DNA of 64,000 nt. Source: an uncultured Gemmatimonadales bacterium (GTDB lineage Bacteria > Gemmatimonadota > Gemmatimonadetes > Gemmatimonadales > GWC2-71-9). The first letter of the stretch is position 1. The number at the start of each line of letters is the position of its first letter. The notes beneath the pieces were generated by a model that saw only the letters and a program-made list of their open reading frames with translations, did not search any database and had not been told where the DNA came from. The DNA lies in NCBI GenBank assembly GCA_963795085.1, contig CAWCFX010000003.1, forward strand, positions 32,001 through 96,000. Reading direction: 5' to 3'. This document shows, one piece after another, positions 29,034-37,388 of this stretch. The position numbers and the translations under genes were made by a program.

Positions 29034-30202
29034 ATCCCTCGACCCGGGTCCTCGGTCGGCAGGCGAATCAGAAAGCTGGCGCCCCGCTCAGTATTCTCCA
29101 GTACCAATTCGCCGCCATGGCTGTCCTCAATAACGCGACGCGACAGCGCGAGGCCGATTCCCCACCCGCCGGTCTTGGTGGTGATGCCCGGCTCGAAAAG
29201 CGTACGCCGGACTTCGCGTGGCACCCCGGGCCCGTCGTCCACCACCCGCAACTCGGCCTTCCCGTTCCGGGCATGGGCGTCCAGCGTGATGGACCCGGCC
29301 CGGCCCTGCAGCGCGTCGATGGCGTTCTTCACCAGGTTTTCAAGCGCCCACTCCAGCAGTACCGGGTCACCCAGCACCATCGGACCCGGTCCCGGAGCGA
29401 TCACGGTGAGCTCGATCGGCTGGGCGTGCCGCGGCAGGCGGGGGCGGAAATATTCCGCCACTTTGCCCGCCAGCATGCCCAGGCCCACGGGCTCCTGACG
29501 CGCCGGATGGCCGATCCGTTCGAACCGCCGGGCTACCCGGTCCAGCCGGTCAGCATCGGACGCCAGGTAATCCGCGAGCCCATGGGGCGGCGTGGGGCGA
29601 GACCGGATCTGTTCCACCCACCCCTTGAGACTGGTGAGGGGGGTGCCAAGCTGGTGGGCTGCTTCCCGGGCCATGCCGGCCCAGAGGCGGTCCCGCTCCG
29701 CCGCCATGGCGCTTCGATACCCGAACACGGCGACGCCGACGACCACCACCAGCGTCAGCCCCTGCAGAACGGCCAGCATGGTGAGCTGCTGCTCCGCCGC
29801 GACCGAGCCATAGTGCACGATGGTGCCGAGGGTGGATTCGAGCAGCGGCGGATTGACGCGGTCCAGCTGGCGGACATACTCCAGCACACGGGGGTCATCC
29901 AGCGGCGCGTCGAACGGCAGGTTATCGGCCGCGGTCACCCGGCCCGCCGTGTCGGTGATGACCACCGGAATGCCCAGTTGGCGCACCCGCTTGCCGATCT
30001 CCACCAGCGCGTCCGCCTCGGCGCCCTCCCGGGGATCGCTCAGCGCGGCGTAAACGCCGTAGGAGAGCCGGGTGACCGATTCCGCTTCGTGCTGAAAGTG
30101 GCGGACCACGATGACGGAGGAGGAGATGGTCAGACCCGCCAGCAGGGCGACCAGGGCCCAGGCGATGGAGGGCGCCCAGCGGCCAAGCTGGCGCTTACGC
30201 AC
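29030..30202 (-). CDS. Membrane sensor histidine kinase
   Basis: Two TM segments, AHQLGTPL, ENLVKNA, DDGPG, GWGIGL; GTG start overlapping serS end. Confidence 0.9.
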   Translation of the reverse strand: MRKRQLGRWAPSIAWALVALLAGLTISSSVIVVRHFQHEAESVTRLSYGVYAALSDPREGAEADALVEIGKRVRQLGIPVVITDTAGRVTAADNLPFDAPLDDPRVLEYVRQLDRVNPPLLESTLGTIVHYGSVAAEQQLTMLAVLQGLTLVVVVGVAVFGYRSAMAAERDRLWAGMAREAAHQLGTPLTSLKGWVEQIRSRPTPPHGLADYLASDADRLDRVARRFERIGHPARQEPVGLGMLAGKVAEYFRPRLPRHAQPIELTVIAPGPGPMVLGDPVLLEWALENLVKNAIDALQGRAGSITLDAHARNGKAELRVVDDGPGVPREVRRTLFEPGITTKTGGWGIGLALSRRVIEDSHGGELVLENTERGASFLIRLPTEDPGRGM

Positions 30203-31478
30203 GGGGACGGAGACGCTCGGTCCCCATGAACGGGACCAGGGCGTCGGGGATCCGGACGGAGCCGTCGGGATCCTGGTAGTTCTCCAGGATGGCGATGATG
30301 GTCCGGGGAAACGCCAGCCCCGACGCATTGAGGGTGTGCACGTACTCGGGCTTGGCCCCCGCCGCGGGACGATAGCGGATATTGGCCCGGCGCGCCTGGA
30401 AATCGGTGAAGGTGCTGGCGCTGCTCACTTCGAGCCAGGACCCGACGCCGGGCGCCCAGACTTCGATGTCATAGGTGGACGCGCTGGCAAAGCCGGTGTC
30501 CCCCGCGCCCAGGTGGAGAACCCGGTAGGGCAACTCCAGCCGCTGCAGCACTGCCTCGGCGTGCCCGGTGATCAATGTGTGGTCGGCGCTGGAATCTTCC
30601 GGCCGGGTGATGCGCACCAGCTCGACCTTGTCGAACTGATGCAGCCGGATCAACCCGCGGGTGTCTTTCCCGTGGGCACCCGCCTCGCGCCGGAAGCACG
30701 GCGTCAGCGCGGTATAGGCAATGGGAAGCGCGGAAGCCTCGAGAATTTCGCCCTGGTGCAGGTTGGTGACCGGCACTTCCGAGGTGGGAATCAGGAAGAG
30801 ATCGTCATCGCTGACCCGGTAGAGTTCCTCCGCGAACTTGGGGAGCTGGCCGGTGCCCGTCATGGTCGCCCGGTTGACCAGAAAGGGCGGCGCGACCTCG
30901 GTGTATCCGTGCTCCCCGGTGTGGAGATCCAGCATGAAGTTCCCCAGGGCGCGCACCAGCCGGGCGCCGAGTCCGGTGAAGACCGGGAACCCGGAGCCGG
31001 TGATCCGGGCGCCCCGGGGCAGGTCGAAGAGTCCCAGCGCGGTGCCCAGGTCCCAGTGGGCCTGGGGCATGTAGGGGAACGTGCGGATGTCGCCCCACCG
31101 GCGCAATTCCCGGCTGGCGTCGGCACCGCCATCGGGTACGCCGGGCAGCGGGAGATTGGGAACTCCCAGGACCAGCTCGTCCAGTTCCGCATCGATCTCG
31201 CGGACCCGGGCGTCGAGCGTCTTGACCTCCTCGCCCGAGACCTTGAGGCTGGCCATCAGGTCGTCCGCCGGCGCCTGGTTTCGCTTGCGGCGGGCGACTT
31301 CCTCGCTGGCCTGGTTGCGCTCCGCCTTGATGGCCTCGACCCGCCCCAGCGCCTCCCGCCGCCGCCGGTCGGCGTCGAGAATTCGCTCCAGCGCCAGCGG
31401 CAGTGCGGCATCCTGCCGGCGCGCCAGCGCGGCGCCGAACGCCGCCGGGTCCTGCCGTAGCTTCCGGAGATCGATCAC
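30195..31478 (-). CDS. serS: Serine--tRNA ligase
   Basis: GTGQLPKF, LIPTSEV, FRREAG, EVSSAS, HTLNASGLA. Confidence 0.97.
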   Translation of the reverse strand: MIDLRKLRQDPAAFGAALARRQDAALPLALERILDADRRRREALGRVEAIKAERNQASEEVARRKRNQAPADDLMASLKVSGEEVKTLDARVREIDAELDELVLGVPNLPLPGVPDGGADASRELRRWGDIRTFPYMPQAHWDLGTALGLFDLPRGARITGSGFPVFTGLGARLVRALGNFMLDLHTGEHGYTEVAPPFLVNRATMTGTGQLPKFAEELYRVSDDDLFLIPTSEVPVTNLHQGEILEASALPIAYTALTPCFRREAGAHGKDTRGLIRLHQFDKVELVRITRPEDSSADHTLITGHAEAVLQRLELPYRVLHLGAGDTGFASASTYDIEVWAPGVGSWLEVSSASTFTDFQARRANIRYRPAAGAKPEYVHTLNASGLAFPRTIIAILENYQDPDGSVRIPDALVPFMGTERLRPRA

Positions 31479-31482
31479 CGGA

Positions 31483-32052
31483 CTACTCGGTGGGAATACC
31501 GGGGGTCAGCCGCTTGTATCCGCAGTTGGTGTTGGCCAGCACCTTGAGATCCACCGAGCGGGTGGAATCCACGAACCCGAGGACCTCCAGCTTCGAGTAG
31601 ACCGCTACCCCGATGCCGCACACCAGCCGGGAACGAACCACGAACACCTGGCCGCTGTCCACGGCGATGGAATCGAGGGTGATGTACCCGTTGCTCGGCG
31701 CCTTGCGGATCTGGTCGAAACCCTCGGACCGGCGCTGCAGGCCGGGGTTGATGGAGTTGTTGACGCGGAGGTCCAGGACCGCCTGCGGCAGGAAATACCG
31801 GGTGGTGTCGGTGCCCAGGACCACCACGTCGTAGGCGAAATCGAAGGCGGTCGTGCGGTCGGTCCGGACCGGGCCATCAAGGACCGAGTATCCGCTGGGC
31901 GATTGCACCGGAGTGTTGTGCAGGGCAAACAGGCTCAGCGTGTCCACGAAGTTGTTGTCCCGGGCGGGCGGCAACTCGTTGGGATCGGTGCAGGCGGCCA
32001 GCGGCAGGGCGGCGGCCACGAGGACCAGAATGAGACGGCGTATGGAGTTCAT
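31483..32052 (-). CDS. Hypothetical lipoprotein
   Basis: Lipobox LAAC; two further Cys; beta-rich. Confidence 0.7.
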   Translation of the reverse strand: MNSIRRLILVLVAAALPLAACTDPNELPPARDNNFVDTLSLFALHNTPVQSPSGYSVLDGPVRTDRTTAFDFAYDVVVLGTDTTRYFLPQAVLDLRVNNSINPGLQRRSEGFDQIRKAPSNGYITLDSIAVDSGQVFVVRSRLVCGIGVAVYSKLEVLGFVDSTRSVDLKVLANTNCGYKRLTPGIPTE

Positions 32053-32062
32053 GATGGTGCGA

Positions 32063-32091
32063 AGGTTAGTGGCCGGGGAGAAGTGGGTCAA
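32063..32091 (-). promoter_or_regulatory. Putative sigma70 promoter for lipoprotein-serS operon
   Basis: TTGACC-N17-TAACCT, 10 nt before ATG 32052. Confidence 0.6.
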
Positions 32092-32105
32092 CCCGCCGTC
32101 GTTGC

Positions 32106-32134
32106 TTGACTTCGGCCCTCTCGACTTCTACAAT
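32106..32134 (+). promoter_or_regulatory. Putative sigma70 promoter for roadblock gene
   Basis: TTGACT-N17-TACAAT. Confidence 0.7.
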
Positions 32135-32196
32135 CAGCCCTGACGCGATGCGGCACCGGGTTGCGTCATCCCGCCACCTTCCGCCCCGGGGTTCCT

Positions 32197-32550
32197 ATGC
32201 CAGGTTTGCGCGACGTAGTCCAGCATCTGGCCAGCCGGGATGGCGTGGATGCCGTCCTGGTCGTGAGCGCGGATGGACTGCCGATCGACCACGCCGCCCG
32301 GTCCGGGGTAGATGCCGACAGCCTGGCTGCGATGCTCCCCGCGCTGACCCAGACGGCCGGCCAGGTGGGCAGCGCCGCCCAGGGCGGCGACCTCTCGGGC
32401 GCGGTGCTGGAGTTTGGGAACCGGATGCTCATTCTCTCCGCCCTGAACGACGGCAACCACCTGCTGGTGCTCACCGCCCCGGAGACGAACATCGGCTCCC
32501 TGCTGTACGACCTCCGGCAACACCGGCCGGCGATCGCGGAACTGCTCTAA
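32197..32550 (+). CDS. Roadblock/LC7 (MglB-like) protein
   Basis: GVDAVLVVSADGLPI, LAAM, NIGSLLYDL; 117 aa. Confidence 0.85.
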   Translation: MPGLRDVVQHLASRDGVDAVLVVSADGLPIDHAARSGVDADSLAAMLPALTQTAGQVGSAAQGGDLSGAVLEFGNRMLILSALNDGNHLLVLTAPETNIGSLLYDLRQHRPAIAELL

Positions 32551-32678
32551 GGGGGCAAGGGACAGTGGGACAGTGGGTCAGTGGGACAGTGGGTCAGAGG
32601 GACAGTGGGTCAGTGGGTCAGTGGGTCAGTGGGTCAGTGGGTCAGTGGGACGGTGAGTCAGTGGGTCAGTGGGTTAGT
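32551..32678. repeat. Octamer array (GGGWCAGT)x15 preceded by one GGGGGCAA unit
   Basis: Units counted directly at 32559-32678. Confidence 0.97.
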
Positions 32679-32776
32679 CGGTCGCGCACCTGCCTTGAGA
32701 TTCTTCTAAGTAAGCCAAAGGGACCTGCCTTGGATTCCCCCTTCCGACCAGTACGCCTGCTGCCCAGCCGCCGCTC

Positions 32777-33805
32777 ATGAGATGGGCCGTCATTCTGGCC
32801 GGCGGCTCGGGGAGCCGCTTCTGGCCCTTGAGCACTCCCAGCCGGCCCAAGCAGGTCCTTCCCCTGAGTGGCGACAAGTCCACGGCCGAAGAGGCGTTGG
32901 CCCGGCTGGAGGGCCTGATTCCCCGCGAGCGCATCCTGCTGGTGACCGGCGCGGCGCTGGCCGCACCGCTGCGCCAGCTGCTGGATCTCCCGCCCGAAAA
33001 CATCCTGGTCGAGCCCCGGGCCGCTTCCACCGGCCCCGCCCTGGTCTGGGCTACGTGGGAAGCGCACCGGCGGGATCCCGACGCAGAAGTCCTGTCCCTC
33101 CATGCCGATTGGGCGGTCCGGGACGCCGAAGCCTTTCGCCGTGCGGCCGACCTGGCGCTGCGAACCGCCCGGACTCACCGGGCCCTGGTCACCGTGGGCA
33201 TCGTGCCTTCCCGGCCTGAGACCGGATACGGCTACATCGTCCCCGGCCCCACCCTGGATGACCACGCCCGCACCGTTGCCCGCTTCAGCGAAAAGCCCGA
33301 TGCGGCCACCGCGCTGACCCTGCTGGCGGAGGGGGCGCTCTGGAACAGCGGGCTCTTTGCGTGGACCGCCAGCACCCTTCTCGAGGAAACCCGGGCGCAC
33401 ACGCCCGAGGTGGCCCCGCACCTGCCGGCCCTGGCAGACGGCGACGTGGAGAAGTTCTTCCGGGACGTCACTCCCACCTCGATCGATGTCGGCCTGCTGG
33501 AACGCAGCAATGCGGTCGCCGTGGTACCCGGGATCTTTCCATGGGACGATGTCGGCACCTGGGACGCGCTGGCCCGGACCAACCACCGGGACGCCCGCGG
33601 CAACGTGGTGCGAGGCCCGGTCTACATCCAGGACAGCCATGACTGCATCTGCTGGTCGGATGGTGAGCCGATCGTGGTGAGCGGTGCGCAGGAACTGGTC
33701 ATCGTCCACGCCAATGGCCGGACCCTGGTGATGCACCGCACCCGGGCCGCCGATCTCAAGCAGGTACTGGACTCCCTCCCCGCCGACGTGCGGGAGCTGC
33801 TGTAA
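32777..33805 (+). CDS. manC: Mannose-1-phosphate guanylyltransferase
   Basis: ILAGGSGSRFWPLS...PKQ, PETGYGYI, FSEKP, WNSG, WDDVGTW. Confidence 0.88.
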   Translation: MRWAVILAGGSGSRFWPLSTPSRPKQVLPLSGDKSTAEEALARLEGLIPRERILLVTGAALAAPLRQLLDLPPENILVEPRAASTGPALVWATWEAHRRDPDAEVLSLHADWAVRDAEAFRRAADLALRTARTHRALVTVGIVPSRPETGYGYIVPGPTLDDHARTVARFSEKPDAATALTLLAEGALWNSGLFAWTASTLLEETRAHTPEVAPHLPALADGDVEKFFRDVTPTSIDVGLLERSNAVAVVPGIFPWDDVGTWDALARTNHRDARGNVVRGPVYIQDSHDCICWSDGEPIVVSGAQELVIVHANGRTLVMHRTRAADLKQVLDSLPADVRELL

Positions 33806-33811
33806 CCGCTC

Positions 33812-34981
33812 GTGTCCCTCTATCTCCTTGAGCCGTCCCACCCCGGCCCCGCCTGGGAGCCGTTTGCCGGTGTCCGTCCCCTCGCTGAACTCCGGGCCGG
33901 GACGTGGCGCATCCGGGAGCGGTGGGAAGCCGCGCTCCGCATGGATACCGTGTCCCTCATCGGCGGGCTGGCGGAACAATTCTCAGAGCTGGATGAACCG
34001 CCCAGCCGGCCTCTCGGCCCGATCGAAGGCCCCGCGGTCGTCGCGGCGAGCACCTTCGCGCCGAGCGGGGTCGCGGCCGAGATCGAGCCGGGTATCCGGC
34101 GGCTGGAATCGGCCGGGGAAACGGTCGCCTGGATCGTGGCCCGCGGCGAGACCTGGTCCGCGCCCCATCGCGAAGGCGCGGCCGGCGGGCTGGAAGGCCT
34201 GCACTTGCGGGGGGCCTTCGATTTGGTGACCGCGCTGGAGCGGTTCCTCGCCGCCGATTGCGCCGATTTCCTGGCCGCCACGGACGGGGACCCGCTCCCC
34301 GCCGGCAGCATTGTGCTCGGCGATCCGGCCCAGGTCGTACTGCGGGGTGCCCAGATCGAACCCGGCGTGGTGTTCGATACCCGGGGCGGCGTCATCGTGC
34401 TGGAAAAGGGCGTCGAGGTGCGGCACGGCACCCGGCTCGAGGGTCCGCTCTACGCGGGGCCTCACACCCGGCTCCTCGGCGGGTTCATCCGCGCCTCGGT
34501 CTTCGGGCCCTGGTGCGTGGCCCGCGGCGAGATCGCCGCCAGCGTCTTCACCGGCTACGCCAACAAGGCGCACGACGGGTTCGTCGGCCACAGCGTCCTG
34601 GGCCACTGGGTCAACCTGGGCGCGGGAACCACGACCTCGAATCTCAAGAACACCTACGGCGAAATCCGGCTCTCCGCCCCGGGCGGCACGATCGACACGG
34701 GCCGCACCAACCTGGGCAGCCTGGTCGGCGACCACGCCAAGACGGCGATCGGCACCCTGCTGCCCACCGGGACCATCGTCGGCGCCGGCGCCAGCGTCTT
34801 CGGCGCACCCAACGCGTCGAAATACATTCCGCCCTTCGCGTGGGGGTCGGGGGGCTCTGCCCCGGTGGACGAGGAAGGATTTCTCCGAATCGCCGCGCGG
34901 GTGTTGCCCCGGCGACAGGTCGACTTCACGGAGGCCCGCCGGGAATCCCTCCGCCGCACCTATCGCCGCCTCCGTCCATGA
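33812..34981 (+). CDS. Putative sugar nucleotidyltransferase / GlmU-like left-handed beta-helix protein
   Basis: RP.AELRAG; NKAHDGFVGHSVLGHWVNLGAGTTTSNLKNTYG. Confidence 0.8.
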   Translation: MSLYLLEPSHPGPAWEPFAGVRPLAELRAGTWRIRERWEAALRMDTVSLIGGLAEQFSELDEPPSRPLGPIEGPAVVAASTFAPSGVAAEIEPGIRRLESAGETVAWIVARGETWSAPHREGAAGGLEGLHLRGAFDLVTALERFLAADCADFLAATDGDPLPAGSIVLGDPAQVVLRGAQIEPGVVFDTRGGVIVLEKGVEVRHGTRLEGPLYAGPHTRLLGGFIRASVFGPWCVARGEIAASVFTGYANKAHDGFVGHSVLGHWVNLGAGTTTSNLKNTYGEIRLSAPGGTIDTGRTNLGSLVGDHAKTAIGTLLPTGTIVGAGASVFGAPNASKYIPPFAWGSGGSAPVDEEGFLRIAARVLPRRQVDFTEARRESLRRTYRRLRP

Positions 34982-35781
34982 TGCCGGTGCTCTACGTCCT
35001 GGGGTCGGGATCCCGCGGCAACTGCTTCGCGATCGCGGTGGACGGCGCGGTGCTGCTGATCGACGCGGGGTTCAGCTGCCGGGAGATCGAGCGCCGGGCC
35101 CAGCTGGTCGGGCTCGATTTGGACCGGGTGGCCGGACTGGTGCTCACCCATGAGCATGGCGACCATACCGGCGGCGCGGCGCGCCTCCTGCGGAAACGCG
35201 GAGTACCGGTGCTGACGTCCGGCGGGACCTGGCGATCCATCCAGGGCCGGTTGCCCGGCGATACCCGGCACCAGCCCATCGGTATGGGCGGCACCGTTGA
35301 GATCGGACCTTTCCGGATTGACGCCTGCCCCACCAGCCACGATGCCGCCGAACCGGTCGCGGTGGCGGTCCGGGCTGGCGGGTCCACCATCGGATTCGCC
35401 TACGACCTCGGCCGGCCCACCACGGCGGTGCGCTACCTGCTGCGCAACTGCACCGCGCTCATCCTGGAAGCCAACCACGACGAGGTCAGCCTCCGGACCA
35501 GCGGCTATCCGCCCGTGGTGCAGCAGCGCATCGCAGGGTCCGCGGGTCACCTGTCCAACCGGGCCGCCGCCGAACTGATCGGGACGCTGGTGCACCCCGG
35601 GCTCACCATGCTGGTCCTGGCGCACTTGAGCGAGAGCTGTAATACGGTGGAGTCGGCGCGGCGGGCGGTGCAGCCGGTCCTCCGCAAAGCGCGCTGGGAA
35701 GGGGCGCTGCACGTCGCGGAACAGGACCTGCCGGTGGAGTTGCCCATCCGGGGCCCGGTGGTGTTGAGCTTCGAATTTTAG
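34978..35781 (+). CDS. MBL-fold metallo-hydrolase (YycJ/WalJ-like)
   Basis: LGSGSRGN, THEHGDH, SHDA, LEANHD, GHLSN, LAHLS. Confidence 0.88.
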   Translation: MMPVLYVLGSGSRGNCFAIAVDGAVLLIDAGFSCREIERRAQLVGLDLDRVAGLVLTHEHGDHTGGAARLLRKRGVPVLTSGGTWRSIQGRLPGDTRHQPIGMGGTVEIGPFRIDACPTSHDAAEPVAVAVRAGGSTIGFAYDLGRPTTAVRYLLRNCTALILEANHDEVSLRTSGYPPVVQQRIAGSAGHLSNRAAAELIGTLVHPGLTMLVLAHLSESCNTVESARRAVQPVLRKARWEGALHVAEQDLPVELPIRGPVVLSFEF

Positions 35782-35812
35782 GCTCGACCTCCGTGGTGCG
35801 GAGGCCCCTCCT

Positions 35813-37336
35813 TTATTCCCCTTCCCTCGATAACTCGGCATAGAACGGAACGACCAGCAGGGGCCGGCCACCATCTGATAAAGTGGCGGAGAGGTATCCT
35901 GTCGCGCGACCCCCCGATCGATGCATGTCCAGGCGGAGGGTGGCCCGGCGCCCGCCCAGGACCGCTTCGGGCAGCGACCCGTGCACCGGAGTGCTCAGCA
36001 CCCCGTCCGTAGCCTCCGCCCCGGTAACCCGCTCCAGCGCCGCAGTACCGACGGTCGCCATCGCGACCTGACCTTCGAGGGTCCACCGCAGGGTGACTGG
36101 CCCGGAGAGGGTGCGCACGGTCCCCAGCCAGGAACCCGCCCAGGCCGTATCACCCGATAGGGGACGGCCGACAAACTCGGGTGGCGGCTCGCCGGCGCTG
36201 GAGCCCTGCGGAAACCCTGCCGCTGCCAGGAGCAGGTCCGCCAGTCCCATGGTGAATCCGTTGTCGGCGCTTCCGTTAGTCAGCACGGCCACCGCGATCC
36301 CCTCCTGCGGCAGCACCTTCAGGGATGCCGCGTGGCCGTAGGCCGCACCATCCGCGACCATGATCGTCCGGCCCGCCGAATCCGATAACCGCCACCACCC
36401 GTGAGTGTAGTAGGAAAACCCGCCGGGATTGATGACGGCCTCCCGGCTGGCGGCGGTGAAGAAGGCGTGAGTTGGATCGAAGAACACCGCCCGGGCCAGG
36501 ATTCCCAGGTCGTGGGCGCTGGTCAGCATCCCCGCTCCCCCGACCGGCTCCAGGCGATCGAGGTCCAGTCGGCGGAACGGCGCGCGCCCGTACGTCTGGA
36601 CGACGCGGCCGGCCGGCAGGGAATTGCTCCGGCCCGCGGAGCTGGTCATGCGGAGCGGTTCGAAAACCTCCCGCGCCATGGCCTCCCCGAATGACATCCC
36701 CGAAACCCGGGCCAGCACGTCGCCGGCGAGACCCAGCGAGAGATTGGAATAGTGGAACCTGGTCCCCGGCGCGAAGGCGGCCACCCGCGCCGCGACGTCC
36801 AGCGCGGCATCCTGGTCGGGAAGATCCTTCCAGTGGAAATGAACGAGGTGCGGAACTCCTCCCCACATCCGAAGCAGGGCCCGGGTGGTCAGGCGGTCGG
36901 GATCGCCATCCGGCACGCGGACCCAATCCTCACCCATGTACGCCCGGACCGGGCGATCCAGGTCGAGCCGCATATCCTGCGCGGCCCGCAGCACTCCGAT
37001 GGCCGTCAGCGATTTCGAGACCGAGGCCACCGGGTAGGACGAAACCGGGGTCGCGGGGACGTTGCGCTCGAGGTCCGCATGCCCGAAGGCCGCTTCCCAG
37101 GTGATCCCATCGGGTCCGGTGACGGACACCGCAATGCTGGGAACGACCCTGGACTCGACCAGCCGTCGCAAGCTGTCCGCCGCCGTCGCGAACCGGGCGG
37201 GGGGATGCTGAGCCCCGTGGGCGGGGACCGCGCTGAGCATCCACGGGACGGACGCGAACAGGCAACCTACCGCGTGAAAGACGAATCGCAGGTGCCGAAG
37301 GGAGGGCCGGACGGCAGGCAGGATGGGCAATGACAT
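35813..37336 (-). CDS. Serine hydrolase (beta-lactamase-related family), secreted
   Basis: SVSK (SxxK), FHYSN (YxN); start approximate. Confidence 0.8.
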   Translation of the reverse strand: MSLPILPAVRPSLRHLRFVFHAVGCLFASVPWMLSAVPAHGAQHPPARFATAADSLRRLVESRVVPSIAVSVTGPDGITWEAAFGHADLERNVPATPVSSYPVASVSKSLTAIGVLRAAQDMRLDLDRPVRAYMGEDWVRVPDGDPDRLTTRALLRMWGGVPHLVHFHWKDLPDQDAALDVAARVAAFAPGTRFHYSNLSLGLAGDVLARVSGMSFGEAMAREVFEPLRMTSSAGRSNSLPAGRVVQTYGRAPFRRLDLDRLEPVGGAGMLTSAHDLGILARAVFFDPTHAFFTAASREAVINPGGFSYYTHGWWRLSDSAGRTIMVADGAAYGHAASLKVLPQEGIAVAVLTNGSADNGFTMGLADLLLAAAGFPQGSSAGEPPPEFVGRPLSGDTAWAGSWLGTVRTLSGPVTLRWTLEGQVAMATVGTAALERVTGAEATDGVLSTPVHGSLPEAVLGGRRATLRLDMHRSGGRATGYLSATLSDGGRPLLVVPFYAELSREGE

Positions 37337-37388
37337 GCTGAAGTAGACGCCGCCGCGGGAGGAAGGGAACACAGCGCCGGGCAGCAGG

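Noticed and set aside
32551..32678. CRISPR array
   Set aside because: 8-bp units with no unique spacers and no cas genes
35813..37336. True beta-lactamase resistance gene
   Set aside because: Only generic SxxK/YxN serine-hydrolase motifs; third motif degenerate and an extra C-terminal domain is present
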